From positions 207,143 through 271,142 of the forward strand of contig JAGWJP010000001.1 of NCBI GenBank assembly GCA_028865725.1: 64,000 bases of DNA. Direction: 5' to 3'. The notes beneath the pieces were generated by a model, which worked only from the letters and a program-made list of their open reading frames with translations, made no database searches and had not been told where the DNA came from. Source of the DNA: Patescibacteria group bacterium. GTDB taxonomy: Bacteria > Patescibacteriota > Minisyncoccia > UBA6257 > JACRHW01. Both the position numbers and the translations under genes were made by a program. Below are positions 30,546 to 39,082 of the stretch, piece by piece (within the stretch, counting starts at the first letter, position 1; the number at the start of each line of letters is the position of its first letter).

Positions 30546-30570
30546 AAACCGCGTAATTTGCGCGGTTTTA
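30546..30570. terminator. bidirectional terminator downstream of valS
   Basis: AACCGCG-TAATTTG-CGCGGTT followed by TTT. Confidence 0.55.
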
Positions 30571-30618
30571 TATTGAGATGAGATTTTTGAGAAAGGAAAA
30601 TTTTCAAATTTATAATAG

Positions 30619-32808
30619 CTAAGTTTCTACAACCGGCCACTGCTCGATCATGAGCGTTGTTTGTTTTTCGGAGAAGGGGAGTTGTTGATAGAGGACTTCC
30701 GTGACAAAAGGCATGAAAGGGTGGAGAAGTTTCAGGATGGTGAGCAGGCAATAGAGAAGAATTGTATCGGTGTTTTCTTGTTGTGTCGCATCGGCACGTT
30801 GCGCTTTGCTTGCTTCTATATAGACGTCGGCAAAGTCATGCCATGTAAATTGGTAGAGTTTTTGAGCCGCTTCATGGAGCTGAAATGCTTCAAGGTCGCG
30901 CGTGACGTTCACGACTGTTTCCTTAAGTGTCTGAAGGATCGTAGCGTCTGCTTCTGTGTTTCCATAGGGAGCATACATCAGCGGGCGTGGTGCATGATTC
31001 CTTGCACACACAAACCGGGCGATGTTCCAGAGCTTGTTTGCAAAGTGCTTCATGCCCCTTATCTTGTCTTCCGCAAGCGCACTATCGGTACCCGGAGCGG
31101 TATTGAATATCAGTGCAAAGCGGAGCGCATCGGTGCCATACTGCTCAATCATTTCGAGCGGGTCTACCATATTGCCCTTGCTTTTTGACATCTTTTGTTT
31201 TTGCGCATCGCGCACGATGCCATGAAGGAGTACGGTCTTGAAGGGAATTTGTCCAGTGAGATAAGTAGTCATTAGAATCATGCGTGCAATCCAAAAGAAG
31301 AGAATATCATATCCTGTTTCGAGAACATCGGTGGGGTGGTAGGTGAGGAAATCTTTTGCGCGTTTGTCAGGCCATCCGAGTGTGGAACATGTCCATAACC
31401 CTGAAGAAAACCATGTGTCGAGCGTGTCAGAATCTTGTTTCCATCCTTCGCCCTCAGGAGGGGTGATGTCGCAATAGATTTCTTCTCCTCGATACCAGAC
31501 TGGAATGCGGTGTCCGTACCAGATTTGACGGCTTATACACCAGTCACGAAGATTGTGAATCCAATGGCGATAGATTTTGGTGAAGTGTTCGGGAATAATC
31601 GCGGTGTGGTTTGGTCCTACCGCGAGTTCCATGAGTTTTTTAAGCGTTGTTTTTGTGCCCTGAGGCAAGAGATCGCTTTTAGCGTGTGGAAATGCAAATT
31701 CTTTGTTTACATCCACAAACCACTGTAGTTTAGGGAGTGGTTCAATAATCCCACCCGTGCGTTCTGCCGTGGCGACATTTTGTGTGATCGTTTCTTCTTT
31801 TTCGAGAAGCCCTTCATCCTTGAGCCATGTTACAATTGTTTCGCGCGCTTCGGTGGCCTTTTTTTCTTTAATACGCTCGTCGCCTACCATTATCTTGCCG
31901 CGCTCGTCGATTACTTGTACGGAGGGGAGGTTGTGGCGTTCTGCGATTTCAGCATCGATCATGCTGTGTGCGGGCGTGACGCCGAGCGCGCCTGTGCCAA
32001 AATCTTTTTCTACGCTTTTGTCCGCGATGATCGTGACGTTCACTGGAACACCGCAGAATGTAAATGAGTATGTCTTTCCGACAAATTCCTGATAGCGTGG
32101 ATCATCAGGATGCACCGCGACCGCGGTATCGCCGATTTTTGTCTCGGGACGGGTTGTGGAAATTGAGATAGGGAAATCTTTGCTATAGCGGAATGTGTAG
32201 AGCTTCGCCTCGCGTTCTACATAGACCACCTCATCATCAGAGATCGTAGTTTGCCCCTTTACATCCCAGTTTACCACGCGGTTTTTTCTGTAGATCAGTC
32301 CATCGTCATACATGCGTTTAAATGCGGTGCGTACGGCGAAGTTGCGTGTGTTGTCGAGCGTGAATGCTTCACGAGACCAGTCGCACGAGGCGCCCATGGA
32401 GCGCAACTGACTTACAATTGTGTCGTGGCTTTGTTTCGCAAATGTTTCCACGCGTTTCAAAAATTCGTCGCGTGGAAGATCATGCTTTCGTTTTCCTTCC
32501 TCCTTTTCCAATAGTTTTTCTACTTTTGATTGGGTAGCAATGGCTGCATGGTCGGTGCCAGGGAGCCATAGTGTCTTGAACCCTTGCATGCGTTTGAAGC
32601 GGATCAGAATGTCCTGGATCGTAACCCCAAGTGCATGCCCAAGGTGCAGAGTACCTGTAACATTTGGTGGAGGCATAATGATACAGTAAGGAGTTCTGTC
32701 CCGGCTCGGAAGATTGTCCGGATTAAAAAGTCCTGATTGTTCCCAGCGCGCATAGACATCGGATTCATAGTGGCGTGCATCGTATGATTTTTCGAATTCA
32801 TGTTCCAT
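30619..32808 (-). CDS. valS: valine--tRNA ligase (short form lacking C-terminal coiled coil)
   Basis: PPPNVTGTLHLGHAL (HIGH) and KMSKSKGN. An editing domain is present. Confidence 0.9.
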   Translation of the reverse strand: MEHEFEKSYDARHYESDVYARWEQSGLFNPDNLPSRDRTPYCIIMPPPNVTGTLHLGHALGVTIQDILIRFKRMQGFKTLWLPGTDHAAIATQSKVEKLLEKEEGKRKHDLPRDEFLKRVETFAKQSHDTIVSQLRSMGASCDWSREAFTLDNTRNFAVRTAFKRMYDDGLIYRKNRVVNWDVKGQTTISDDEVVYVEREAKLYTFRYSKDFPISISTTRPETKIGDTAVAVHPDDPRYQEFVGKTYSFTFCGVPVNVTIIADKSVEKDFGTGALGVTPAHSMIDAEIAERHNLPSVQVIDERGKIMVGDERIKEKKATEARETIVTWLKDEGLLEKEETITQNVATAERTGGIIEPLPKLQWFVDVNKEFAFPHAKSDLLPQGTKTTLKKLMELAVGPNHTAIIPEHFTKIYRHWIHNLRDWCISRQIWYGHRIPVWYRGEEIYCDITPPEGEGWKQDSDTLDTWFSSGLWTCSTLGWPDKRAKDFLTYHPTDVLETGYDILFFWIARMILMTTYLTGQIPFKTVLLHGIVRDAQKQKMSKSKGNMVDPLEMIEQYGTDALRFALIFNTAPGTDSALAEDKIRGMKHFANKLWNIARFVCARNHAPRPLMYAPYGNTEADATILQTLKETVVNVTRDLEAFQLHEAAQKLYQFTWHDFADVYIEASKAQRADATQQENTDTILLYCLLTILKLLHPFMPFVTEVLYQQLPFSEKQTTLMIEQWPVVET

Positions 32809-32818
32809 ACTTCCCAGT

Positions 32819-33922
32819 TTAAAGATTTAAGTTTGATTGAGCAACTATAGGGCGTGTGGTATGGGTGAGAGTGTTCATATAGGCCGCAGTAGCAATCATG
32901 GCAGCGTTGTCGGTAATCGCGTCCCGCGCAGGGGTGATGAAGATAAGCTTTTCTTGTTCACAGGCTTTTTCAAATATGGACCGCAGGGTTTTATTGGCAG
33001 CCACCCCGCCCCCGATTATTATGGATCGTGCGTGATACTGTCGCGCTGCACGCATGGTTTTTGCGATGATTGTTTCAATCACTGCAGTCTGAAATGATGC
33101 CGCAATATCATTGCGTACCGCTTCATCGAGTATAAATGGAGTATCCGGATTTGCATGAGTTTCGAGATCCTTTATGTGATAGAGCACTGCGGTTTTGAGT
33201 CCTGAGAAACTGAAATCAAAATTCTGCTGATCGAGCATGGGGCGTGGAAACGCAATAGCTGCAGGGTTCCCTTGTTTTGCGGCTTGTTCTATTTCTGGTC
33301 CTCCTGGATAGGGAAGAGAGAGCATGCGTGCGACTTTATCAAATGCTTCTCCGACGGCATCATCGCGTGTTTCCCCTATTTTTTTCCATGAGGTGAGCGA
33401 AGACATTTCGAGGAGCATCGTATGACCACCGCTGATAATCAGTCCTATGGCAGGGAGGTTGATTATTGTTTTCTTTTTTGTGGTACGGGTTGGAGCGGCA
33501 AGGAGAAAAGAGTAGAGATGTCCTTCGAGATGGTTGGCTCCGATCAGGGGTTTTCCAAAACGTCTTGCTAAATCTTGTGCGGCGTTGATTCCTGTCCACA
33601 AAGCGGGTTCAAGTCCTGGGCCCACGGTGACGGCAACCGCATCTACGCGTTTCATCATGGCAACAATATAATCCTCGGGCGCCACAAGACGTTTTGTTGT
33701 TTTTACATCATGCCGCGCCAACTCCTCAAGAAGGAGCGGAAGATTTTTGAGATGTTCTCGTTTGGCAAGATGAGGCACCACACCTCCAAATGGACGATGA
33801 ATAGGGATTTGTGAAGAAACAAGATTAGCATGCACCTTAAATGAGGGGGCTTCTGTTCCTTTAGCATCTACAAGAGCTAACGCTGTTTCATCGCAACTTG
33901 TTTCTATAGAAAGAATACGCAT
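32819..33922 (-). CDS. tsaD: tRNA N6-adenosine threonylcarbamoyltransferase TsaD (Kae1/YgjD)
   Basis: MRILSIETSCDETALAL...GGVAAN... Start placed at MRIL. Co-oriented with valS. Confidence 0.9.
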   Translation of the reverse strand: MRILSIETSCDETALALVDAKGTEAPSFKVHANLVSSQIPIHRPFGGVVPHLAKREHLKNLPLLLEELARHDVKTTKRLVAPEDYIVAMMKRVDAVAVTVGPGLEPALWTGINAAQDLARRFGKPLIGANHLEGHLYSFLLAAPTRTTKKKTIINLPAIGLIISGGHTMLLEMSSLTSWKKIGETRDDAVGEAFDKVARMLSLPYPGGPEIEQAAKQGNPAAIAFPRPMLDQQNFDFSFSGLKTAVLYHIKDLETHANPDTPFILDEAVRNDIAASFQTAVIETIIAKTMRAARQYHARSIIIGGGVAANKTLRSIFEKACEQEKLIFITPARDAITDNAAMIATAAYMNTLTHTTRPIVAQSNLNL

Positions 33923-34030
33923 GGTATGAGTGGATATCTCATATAGAGTATCCGGTATTATATAGTATAATTGAACAAGAAGACTTTTATTTCTTTTTGA
34001 AGAATTTCTACACACTAAACCTATCAGGGT

Positions 34031-34960
34031 ATGACTGAAGAATCAACAGCACCCAAAAAACCACTGTCCGAACTTTTGCAGCTTAAAGCGCAGTATGAGT
34101 TGCAGTCTACGATTTTGTTTCGTACGGCAATAGTAAGTCAGCTCCTCGGCAAAGAAGGGCTTGGGTTTGTGGGGATCGATGGCAAGGAGTATCCCGTCCC
34201 TTCCTACGAGGAAGTGAAGGCGATGGTGGACAGACAGGAAGATATCCTCACAAAAAAAGCAGAGCAGGGATTTGTAAAACTTCTCCTTGTTCCTTTCGGT
34301 ATGCGCCTCGGCGTACTCATTGAAAAATATAAACAAGCGCTTTTAACGCATTTGCGCGAGGGCGCATTATTTGCCACCAAGAAATCTTCGGATGAACCTA
34401 ATGAGCCAATCGAGCTTGACGGTGCAAAGCCGGTGTGGGTATGGGATGGTTTTGTGGATGCAGATGCGAACAATCTTCTTTTATATTATCCTCATCAGTT
34501 TTCGGCGAAAGAACATGGGGGAAAGACCAAACTTCAGTTGCTTGCGGAGGGAAAAGCGTGGAACGTACTCTTGGTAGAGTATCTTCCTAATATTCCGCGC
34601 GCAGGAAAAGGGCTTGTGGTGGGCGAGCGGCATCAACTTGAGGCGGGCAAAAGTCCGCGCGATTATCTCACCGCACTCTCCGCCGACTCTTGGTATGCAC
34701 ACGAGCGGGGCACCTCAATCGAAGATCAGTTGCTTTATGCGATGACGCATCTTGAAGAGACAAATCAAATTATGAATGATTGGGAAGGGAACGGAAGCAG
34801 CGCGTATCAGCTCGGCACGTATATGGTAGATGGAGATAGTGTTCCCGTCGTGTCGTATGGCAGGGGGTACATGCGGGCCGGCATCGTACGGCTGAGTGTC
34901 GACTTCCATGGTTCTATCTATGGCGCTCGTACAGAAGTCGATCTCGCCACATTACAATGA
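34031..34960 (+). CDS. hypothetical protein
   Basis: 309-aa ORF with no recognisable motif. Confidence 0.5.
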   Translation: MTEESTAPKKPLSELLQLKAQYELQSTILFRTAIVSQLLGKEGLGFVGIDGKEYPVPSYEEVKAMVDRQEDILTKKAEQGFVKLLLVPFGMRLGVLIEKYKQALLTHLREGALFATKKSSDEPNEPIELDGAKPVWVWDGFVDADANNLLLYYPHQFSAKEHGGKTKLQLLAEGKAWNVLLVEYLPNIPRAGKGLVVGERHQLEAGKSPRDYLTALSADSWYAHERGTSIEDQLLYAMTHLEETNQIMNDWEGNGSSAYQLGTYMVDGDSVPVVSYGRGYMRAGIVRLSVDFHGSIYGARTEVDLATLQ

Positions 34961-35036
34961 TGCGCTCTTGTTGCATCGTAGGTAATTTTAGGTACAACAA
35001 TAAAAGCCGCCCCAAAGTAGCGGGGCGGTTAGTTTG

Positions 35037-35522
35037 TTATACAAGCGTGTACAATTTGAGCCAGTTCGCAACATGACTGCGATGGCGTCGCCTAAAATCT
35101 TGCGGCATCAAAGGTAGGCTTATAATGACGTGCCGGCATTTTCGAGATCTACATCTGCACGGGCTCATTTCCCAGTACTCATCTTCTTCAGTGAGCGTAT
35201 AATCGATGGTGATTTCCTCTCCGGGTTGAATTTTGCGGAGCGCAACGCATGTCGAGACGTTTCGTATGCACGCATTGGGGGCGCACGAATGATTGAGATT
35301 CCACAAGGGGTCATTTCGTGCGGTGCCGATCCAGCGGCGTGGCCCCACCGCAAGCATATGCTGACCTGTTCGTGCGTTTGCTTGCGTATAGCGAGAACGA
35401 GTGTGAACGACGCGCACGCAGGGTTCAAAGATGGTCTCGCCTTGTCGAATTACCGCAAGAGCAAAGACGCCTCTGCCCGCAATCCGCGAGGCTCTTATTT
35501 CAACTTTCTTCTCACCACTCAT
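35037..35522 (-). CDS. SET-domain protein (putative protein lysine methyltransferase)
   Basis: GRGVFA, NHSCAPNA, GEEITIDY and a post-SET CRCRSRKC motif. Confidence 0.8.
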   Translation of the reverse strand: MSGEKKVEIRASRIAGRGVFALAVIRQGETIFEPCVRVVHTRSRYTQANARTGQHMLAVGPRRWIGTARNDPLWNLNHSCAPNACIRNVSTCVALRKIQPGEEITIDYTLTEEDEYWEMSPCRCRSRKCRHVIISLPLMPQDFRRRHRSHVANWLKLYTLV

Positions 35523-35645
35523 GGCACTTCCCCTTATGCAAGATCTACGCCTATTGAACCAAATTTCCCCACAAGAATCAAGAGGTTATGTGAGAAACTA
35601 AAAAGTCTCAAGACGGATTATATATAATTACCCGCGGTGTGTTAT

Positions 35646-35906
35646 TTATCGTGGTTCCCATGGTTTTGGCAAGTCGATGAGAGTGTTCCGTTCGGCGAAT
35701 TTTACCGAAGCAAGTGCGTTGAAGGTTTCTATCCACTTCTTTTCAGAGCCGCCAGGAACCTCAACCAGATAAGTGGATCGTGAATCTATATTGCTCATTT
35801 GAGCACGATCAAACCCGACCGCGCGGCAAATGTCGCCTTGCGACATTTCCTTTTGCTCGCGTATTCGCTTGATGTTTTTGCCAAGTTTGGATGTTGGGGT
35901 TTTCAT
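35646..35906 (-). CDS. small HTH (XRE-like) protein
   Basis: LGKNIKRIREQKEMSQGDICRAVGFDRAQMSNI. Confidence 0.4.
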   Translation of the reverse strand: MKTPTSKLGKNIKRIREQKEMSQGDICRAVGFDRAQMSNIDSRSTYLVEVPGGSEKKWIETFNALASVKFAERNTLIDLPKPWEPR

Positions 35907-35910
35907 ATTC

Positions 35911-36650
35911 TTATAGTTTTTGTTTATCTATTTGCGGCCGATCAGCAATATATCGCAAGATCGGATTCGTTGATACTTTCCAAGCGCGAGACTTGCGACG
36001 AAAGAGAATCACGAATTGAGCAAATAATATATAACCGACTGTAACACCAATCATATTGAATATTACGTCGTTGATGTCGGCAATTCGGAATGTTGTACTT
36101 GATATGAACCCCGTTATGAACTGCAAAAGCTCGATAGTGATGCTTAAATAGAGACCTGTCATAACTACCTTCTTGAAGCGAAAATTGGTAATAAACGGCA
36201 GTCCGAAGCCGAATGGCATCATCATGAGGATGTTGAGAAGTGTAGTCTTCACATCCACGAGCCTGAGCGTGGCGAGTGGAATAAGATTCACGGTTCTTCC
36301 AGCCCCTACACCCCTCAGCATTAGATCTGGCAAAAAATGTTTTAGGAGAAGTAAGGATTGAAATTGAATTAGCGTAATATCTATAACCTTATAAAGGTAG
36401 ATGTAGAAAATAGTAAAGAAAAGCAAATACACAATATTTTTTTGTTTCTTCAACTTAAGGAATAGGATAATGCCTAGCCAAATCAAGCCAACAAGAACTA
36501 TTGTTACCGTGTTTATTGTGCCGCTTATTTTCTTATAATTAGCCTCATTATTTAATACGATAGTAGGAGTTGTTTGACCTGTCCCAGTTACTTCCGTTGC
36601 AGCTTCTTGGGATCCACCGCAAACTACCACAGTATCTGCGACAAAGCTGC
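35911..36650 (-). CDS. VanZ-like family membrane protein (start uncertain)
   Basis: NLIPLATL...ITIELLQFITG...DINDVIFNMIGVTVGY. The six-frame ORF runs through the tRNA-Ser at 36735-36824, so the true start must be downstream of it. No clear ATG/RBS is visible, so the 5' coordinate is approximate. Confidence 0.45.
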
Positions 36651-36734
36651 CATCAGAATTAGGCCCACCGACGAGCGTTATCTCCTCTCCGGCTTTTAAA
36701 TCGGATATGGGAATGTTCCCACTTGAAGTTTCTA

Positions 36735-36824
36735 TTGGCGGAAAGGGAGGGATTCGAACCCTCGGTGCCATTGCTGACACACAGTCTTTCCAGGACTGCC
36801 GTTTCAACCACTCACGCACCTTTC
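36735..36824 (-). tRNA. tRNA-Ser (anticodon GGA), type II with long variable arm, CCA encoded
   Basis: Reverse complement reads GGAAAGG-TG-CGT-GAGTGGTTGAA-ACG-G-CAGTC-CTGGAAA-GACTG-(variable arm GTGTCAGCAATGGCAC)-GAGGG-TTCGAAT-CCCTC-CCTTTCC-G-CCA. Confidence 0.85.
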
Positions 36825-36961
36825 CTTTTATGGTGTACTATAAAATAGTACCAGCCTTTCAGTCCGTTTGGCAACTTTTGCTCTCAAACATTGAGGTTGC
36901 ATAACATTGTTATTTTCGGTAAAACTAGAGATGCAAAAGATATTAGTGAGAGTAGACTAGA

Positions 36962-37009
36962 GATCTGTGTCCGCCTGTAGCTCAGTCCGGTTAGAGCACG
37001 GAGCTTATA
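36962..37009 (+). pseudogene. tRNA-Ile(UAU) 5'-half duplicate (leader + acceptor/D-arm/anticodon-stem 5' side)
   Basis: ATCTGTGTCCGCCTGTAGCTCAGTCCGGTTAGAGCACGGAGCTTATA is identical to the 5' part of the complete gene at 37032-37079, then diverges. Confidence 0.6.
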
Positions 37010-37040
37010 ACGACAAGTGAGGATCATTAAAAATCTGTGT

Positions 37041-37115
37041 CCGCCTGTAGCTCAGTCCGGTTAGAGCACGGAGCTTATATCTCCGCGGTCCCAGGTTCGA
37101 ATCCTGGCGGGCGGA
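37041..37115 (+). tRNA. tRNA-Ile (anticodon UAU), no CCA encoded
   Basis: CCGCCTG-TA-GCTC-AGTCCGGTTA-GAGC-A-CGGAG-CTTATAT-CTCCG-CGGTC-CCAGG-TTCGAAT-CCTGG-CGGGCGG-A. U8 and A9 are present. The anticodon loop has U33-UAU-A37. Confidence 0.7.
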
Positions 37116-37159
37116 CACATCTTTTTAAGTGAAACGAACACAGGCGTTATATCGAAGAT

Positions 37160-37207
37160 ATATCTTCGCGGTCCCAGGTTCGAATCCTGGCGGGCGGACA
37201 CAGATCT
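37160..37207 (+). pseudogene. tRNA-Ile(UAU) 3'-half duplicate (anticodon-stem 3' side through trailer)
   Basis: TATCTTCGCGGTCCCAGGTTCGAATCCTGGCGGGCGGACACA matches the 3' half of the complete gene with one substitution. The trailer ACAGATCT is the inverted complement of the leader AGATCTGT at 36961. Confidence 0.6.
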
Positions 37208-37382
37208 GTAAGTATGGTTGAATGCAGATAATCATTGTGTTTTGTACGGCAGTTATCGCATCTGATGCAATTGCAGTATAAGCAAGAGAAGTGAGACAAA
37301 AACGCAACGATGTGCACCTGTGTCATTTACAAAATACATCAGATACGGCATATATTATTTAGGAGAGGAGGTGAGATGAACG

Positions 37383-37625
37383 ATGGACAATATGTCTGTT
37401 GCGTCGTTTGAGCGGTATCAGCGTGTGCGCGTGAAGTACCCAGGTTTCCTCCGTTTTTTATGCATGCCTTCCGCATATCGCGCTCTTCTCGGCAGGGTCG
37501 GGATTGTAGGCATGGTGGAAGTAGGGTATTATTCCGGAAAACATATGTATGGAGTGATTTTCCAGGTTGAGGGAGGCCCCAAGTCATTCACTTTTTTCGC
37601 GAATGAATTAGAGGCAGTAAAGTAG
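37383..37625 (+). CDS. hypothetical small protein
   Basis: 80 aa. AGGAGGTG RBS. Confidence 0.4.
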   Translation: MDNMSVASFERYQRVRVKYPGFLRFLCMPSAYRALLGRVGIVGMVEVGYYSGKHMYGVIFQVEGGPKSFTFFANELEAVK

Positions 37626-37650
37626 TTCAAAAAAGGAGGAGAAGAGAGCA

Positions 37651-37797
37651 ATGGCATATCACGCGCGAAAAACAGAACATGCCGGTTCCAAGAAAGGGCG
37701 CGGTGCATATTGGGGACGCAAATGTGACGCAAAGCGCGAGAGCAACAAGAAGCGCCGCCAGGATGGCAAGAAGGAGATCTTTTCCGCGGACTGATAA
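37651..37797 (+). CDS. hypothetical small basic protein (48 aa, below the ORF-track cutoff)
   Basis: AAAAGGAGGAGAAG RBS then ATG at 37651. Translates to MAYHARKTEHAGSKKGRGAYWGRKCDAKRESNKKRRQDGKKEIFSAD. Confidence 0.35.
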
Positions 37798-37898
37798 TTC
37801 CGATCTAAGCGACCCGAGTATGCGGCCGCTTTTTACTTTTTCATATTATTATGTTATGTTTTACTATCATCAGATCTTTTCAAAACGGGGGTTTGTGT

Positions 37899-38228
37899 AT
37901 GCGCGAGCGAAATTATGTTAATGATACACCGATTGATGATGTGCAGTATGCGTTAAAACTGCTTATTGGGGAACGTCGTTCAAGCGGTGAGTTGCGTGTG
38001 CAGAATCCCGAACCTTATCTTGCGGAGTATATTTATTGCGGGCCGTATGATAGTTGCAATAATATCCGTTATTATAGGGTTACCTCTCGTCTTGTGCGCA
38101 GCCTGCGAGAAGAGGGGTACGTGGAAGGGACGCCTCAGTGGGGGTACACAGACGATACGAGATTACGAATCTCTTCGCGGGGACGATCCTACTATTGGGA
38201 AATGAAAGAACCGAAAACCAAGGAGTAG
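37899..38228 (+). CDS. hypothetical protein
   Basis: Start at MRERNY; 109 aa. Confidence 0.35.
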   Translation: MRERNYVNDTPIDDVQYALKLLIGERRSSGELRVQNPEPYLAEYIYCGPYDSCNNIRYYRVTSRLVRSLREEGYVEGTPQWGYTDDTRLRISSRGRSYYWEMKEPKTKE

Positions 38229-38330
38229 CATGAGAAAGTGGCAGAATCAAAGACACTTCTTAGTGAGTTGCTTGATATGGTAAAGGATTTTTGGTATATT
38301 TTTTGAGAACTTGAGAGGAGGAGCGCGCAT

Positions 38331-38585
38331 ATGGCCAAGTTTCTTACTAAAAAGCAAGTTTCTCGGCTGAAAGAGACACTTCGTGTATGGGTTTCACGTC
38401 ATCCCACTCCGGATAAAGAAGCACTACGGAGCGGAAACGGGGTTTCCTACACGCCCCGCGAGATGCTTTCACATGTGGAGCAGGGGACAGAGGATGGAAT
38501 ATTCATTATTCGTCTTGTGGCACAGTCTATCAGTCATCGCGTTTCATTCGAAGATGTTCTTGCGTTGTTCTACCCTGCGCACTAA
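38331..38585 (+). CDS. hypothetical small protein
   Basis: GAGAGGAGGAG RBS; 84 aa. A terminator follows. Confidence 0.45.
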   Translation: MAKFLTKKQVSRLKETLRVWVSRHPTPDKEALRSGNGVSYTPREMLSHVEQGTEDGIFIIRLVAQSISHRVSFEDVLALFYPAH

Positions 38586-38597
38586 TGTAAAAAATCA

Positions 38598-38621
38598 ATC
38601 CGAACCATGCTCGGATTTTTC
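38598..38621 (+). terminator. rho-independent terminator
   Basis: ATCCGA-ACCATGC-TCGGAT followed by TTTTT. Confidence 0.55.
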
Positions 38622-38689
38622 ATTTTCATAGAATAGTCATGTTTATTTTTTTCTTGTTTTTGTGTATATTCATAGTATATATACTATAT

Positions 38690-39025
38690 ATGACAGAAGA
38701 ATTTAAACCAGAACAACCAAAAGAAGATCATGGTAGTGGGGAAGATGTACATGAGACAATGCGGCATCTTATCGCGGAAGAAAAGTTTTTGGATGCTGCT
38801 CATTATGGAGCGCGCCAAGGCCTTATTGTGAGTGATTCTGACGTAGTTGATCTGCTTCAGAAAATAGGCGATAGAATGGACGAGCTTACTTCCGCGCAAC
38901 GACATGCACACGAAACTGGGGACGAGGTAGGTGTCGTTCGTTGTCAAAAACAAATAGATCGATTGGAACAAGAATTTGATAGAATTATTGCCTGGAGAGT
39001 TGGTGATTTGGATCAGAAGATGTAA
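38690..39025 (+). CDS. hypothetical protein
   Basis: Start at MTEEFKPEQ; 111 aa; acidic. Confidence 0.4.
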   Translation: MTEEFKPEQPKEDHGSGEDVHETMRHLIAEEKFLDAAHYGARQGLIVSDSDVVDLLQKIGDRMDELTSAQRHAHETGDEVGVVRCQKQIDRLEQEFDRIIAWRVGDLDQKM

Positions 39026-39040
39026 TTTTTTTAGCAATAT

Positions 39041-39063
39041 AAAAACCCCATCGGGGGGTTTTA
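39041..39063. terminator. bidirectional terminator between 38690-39025 and ftsH
   Basis: AAAACCCC-ATCG-GGGGGTTTT. Confidence 0.55.
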
Positions 39064-39082
39064 TATGCGCACAGTCTGATGT

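Noticed and set aside
36962-37207. Calling the 5'-half and 3'-half tRNA copies as two additional functional tRNA genes
   Set aside because: Neither has a complete cloverleaf. The 5' copy lacks the anticodon 3' strand, T-arm and acceptor 3' strand. The 3' copy lacks everything upstream of the anticodon stem. They are kept as pseudogene fragments.
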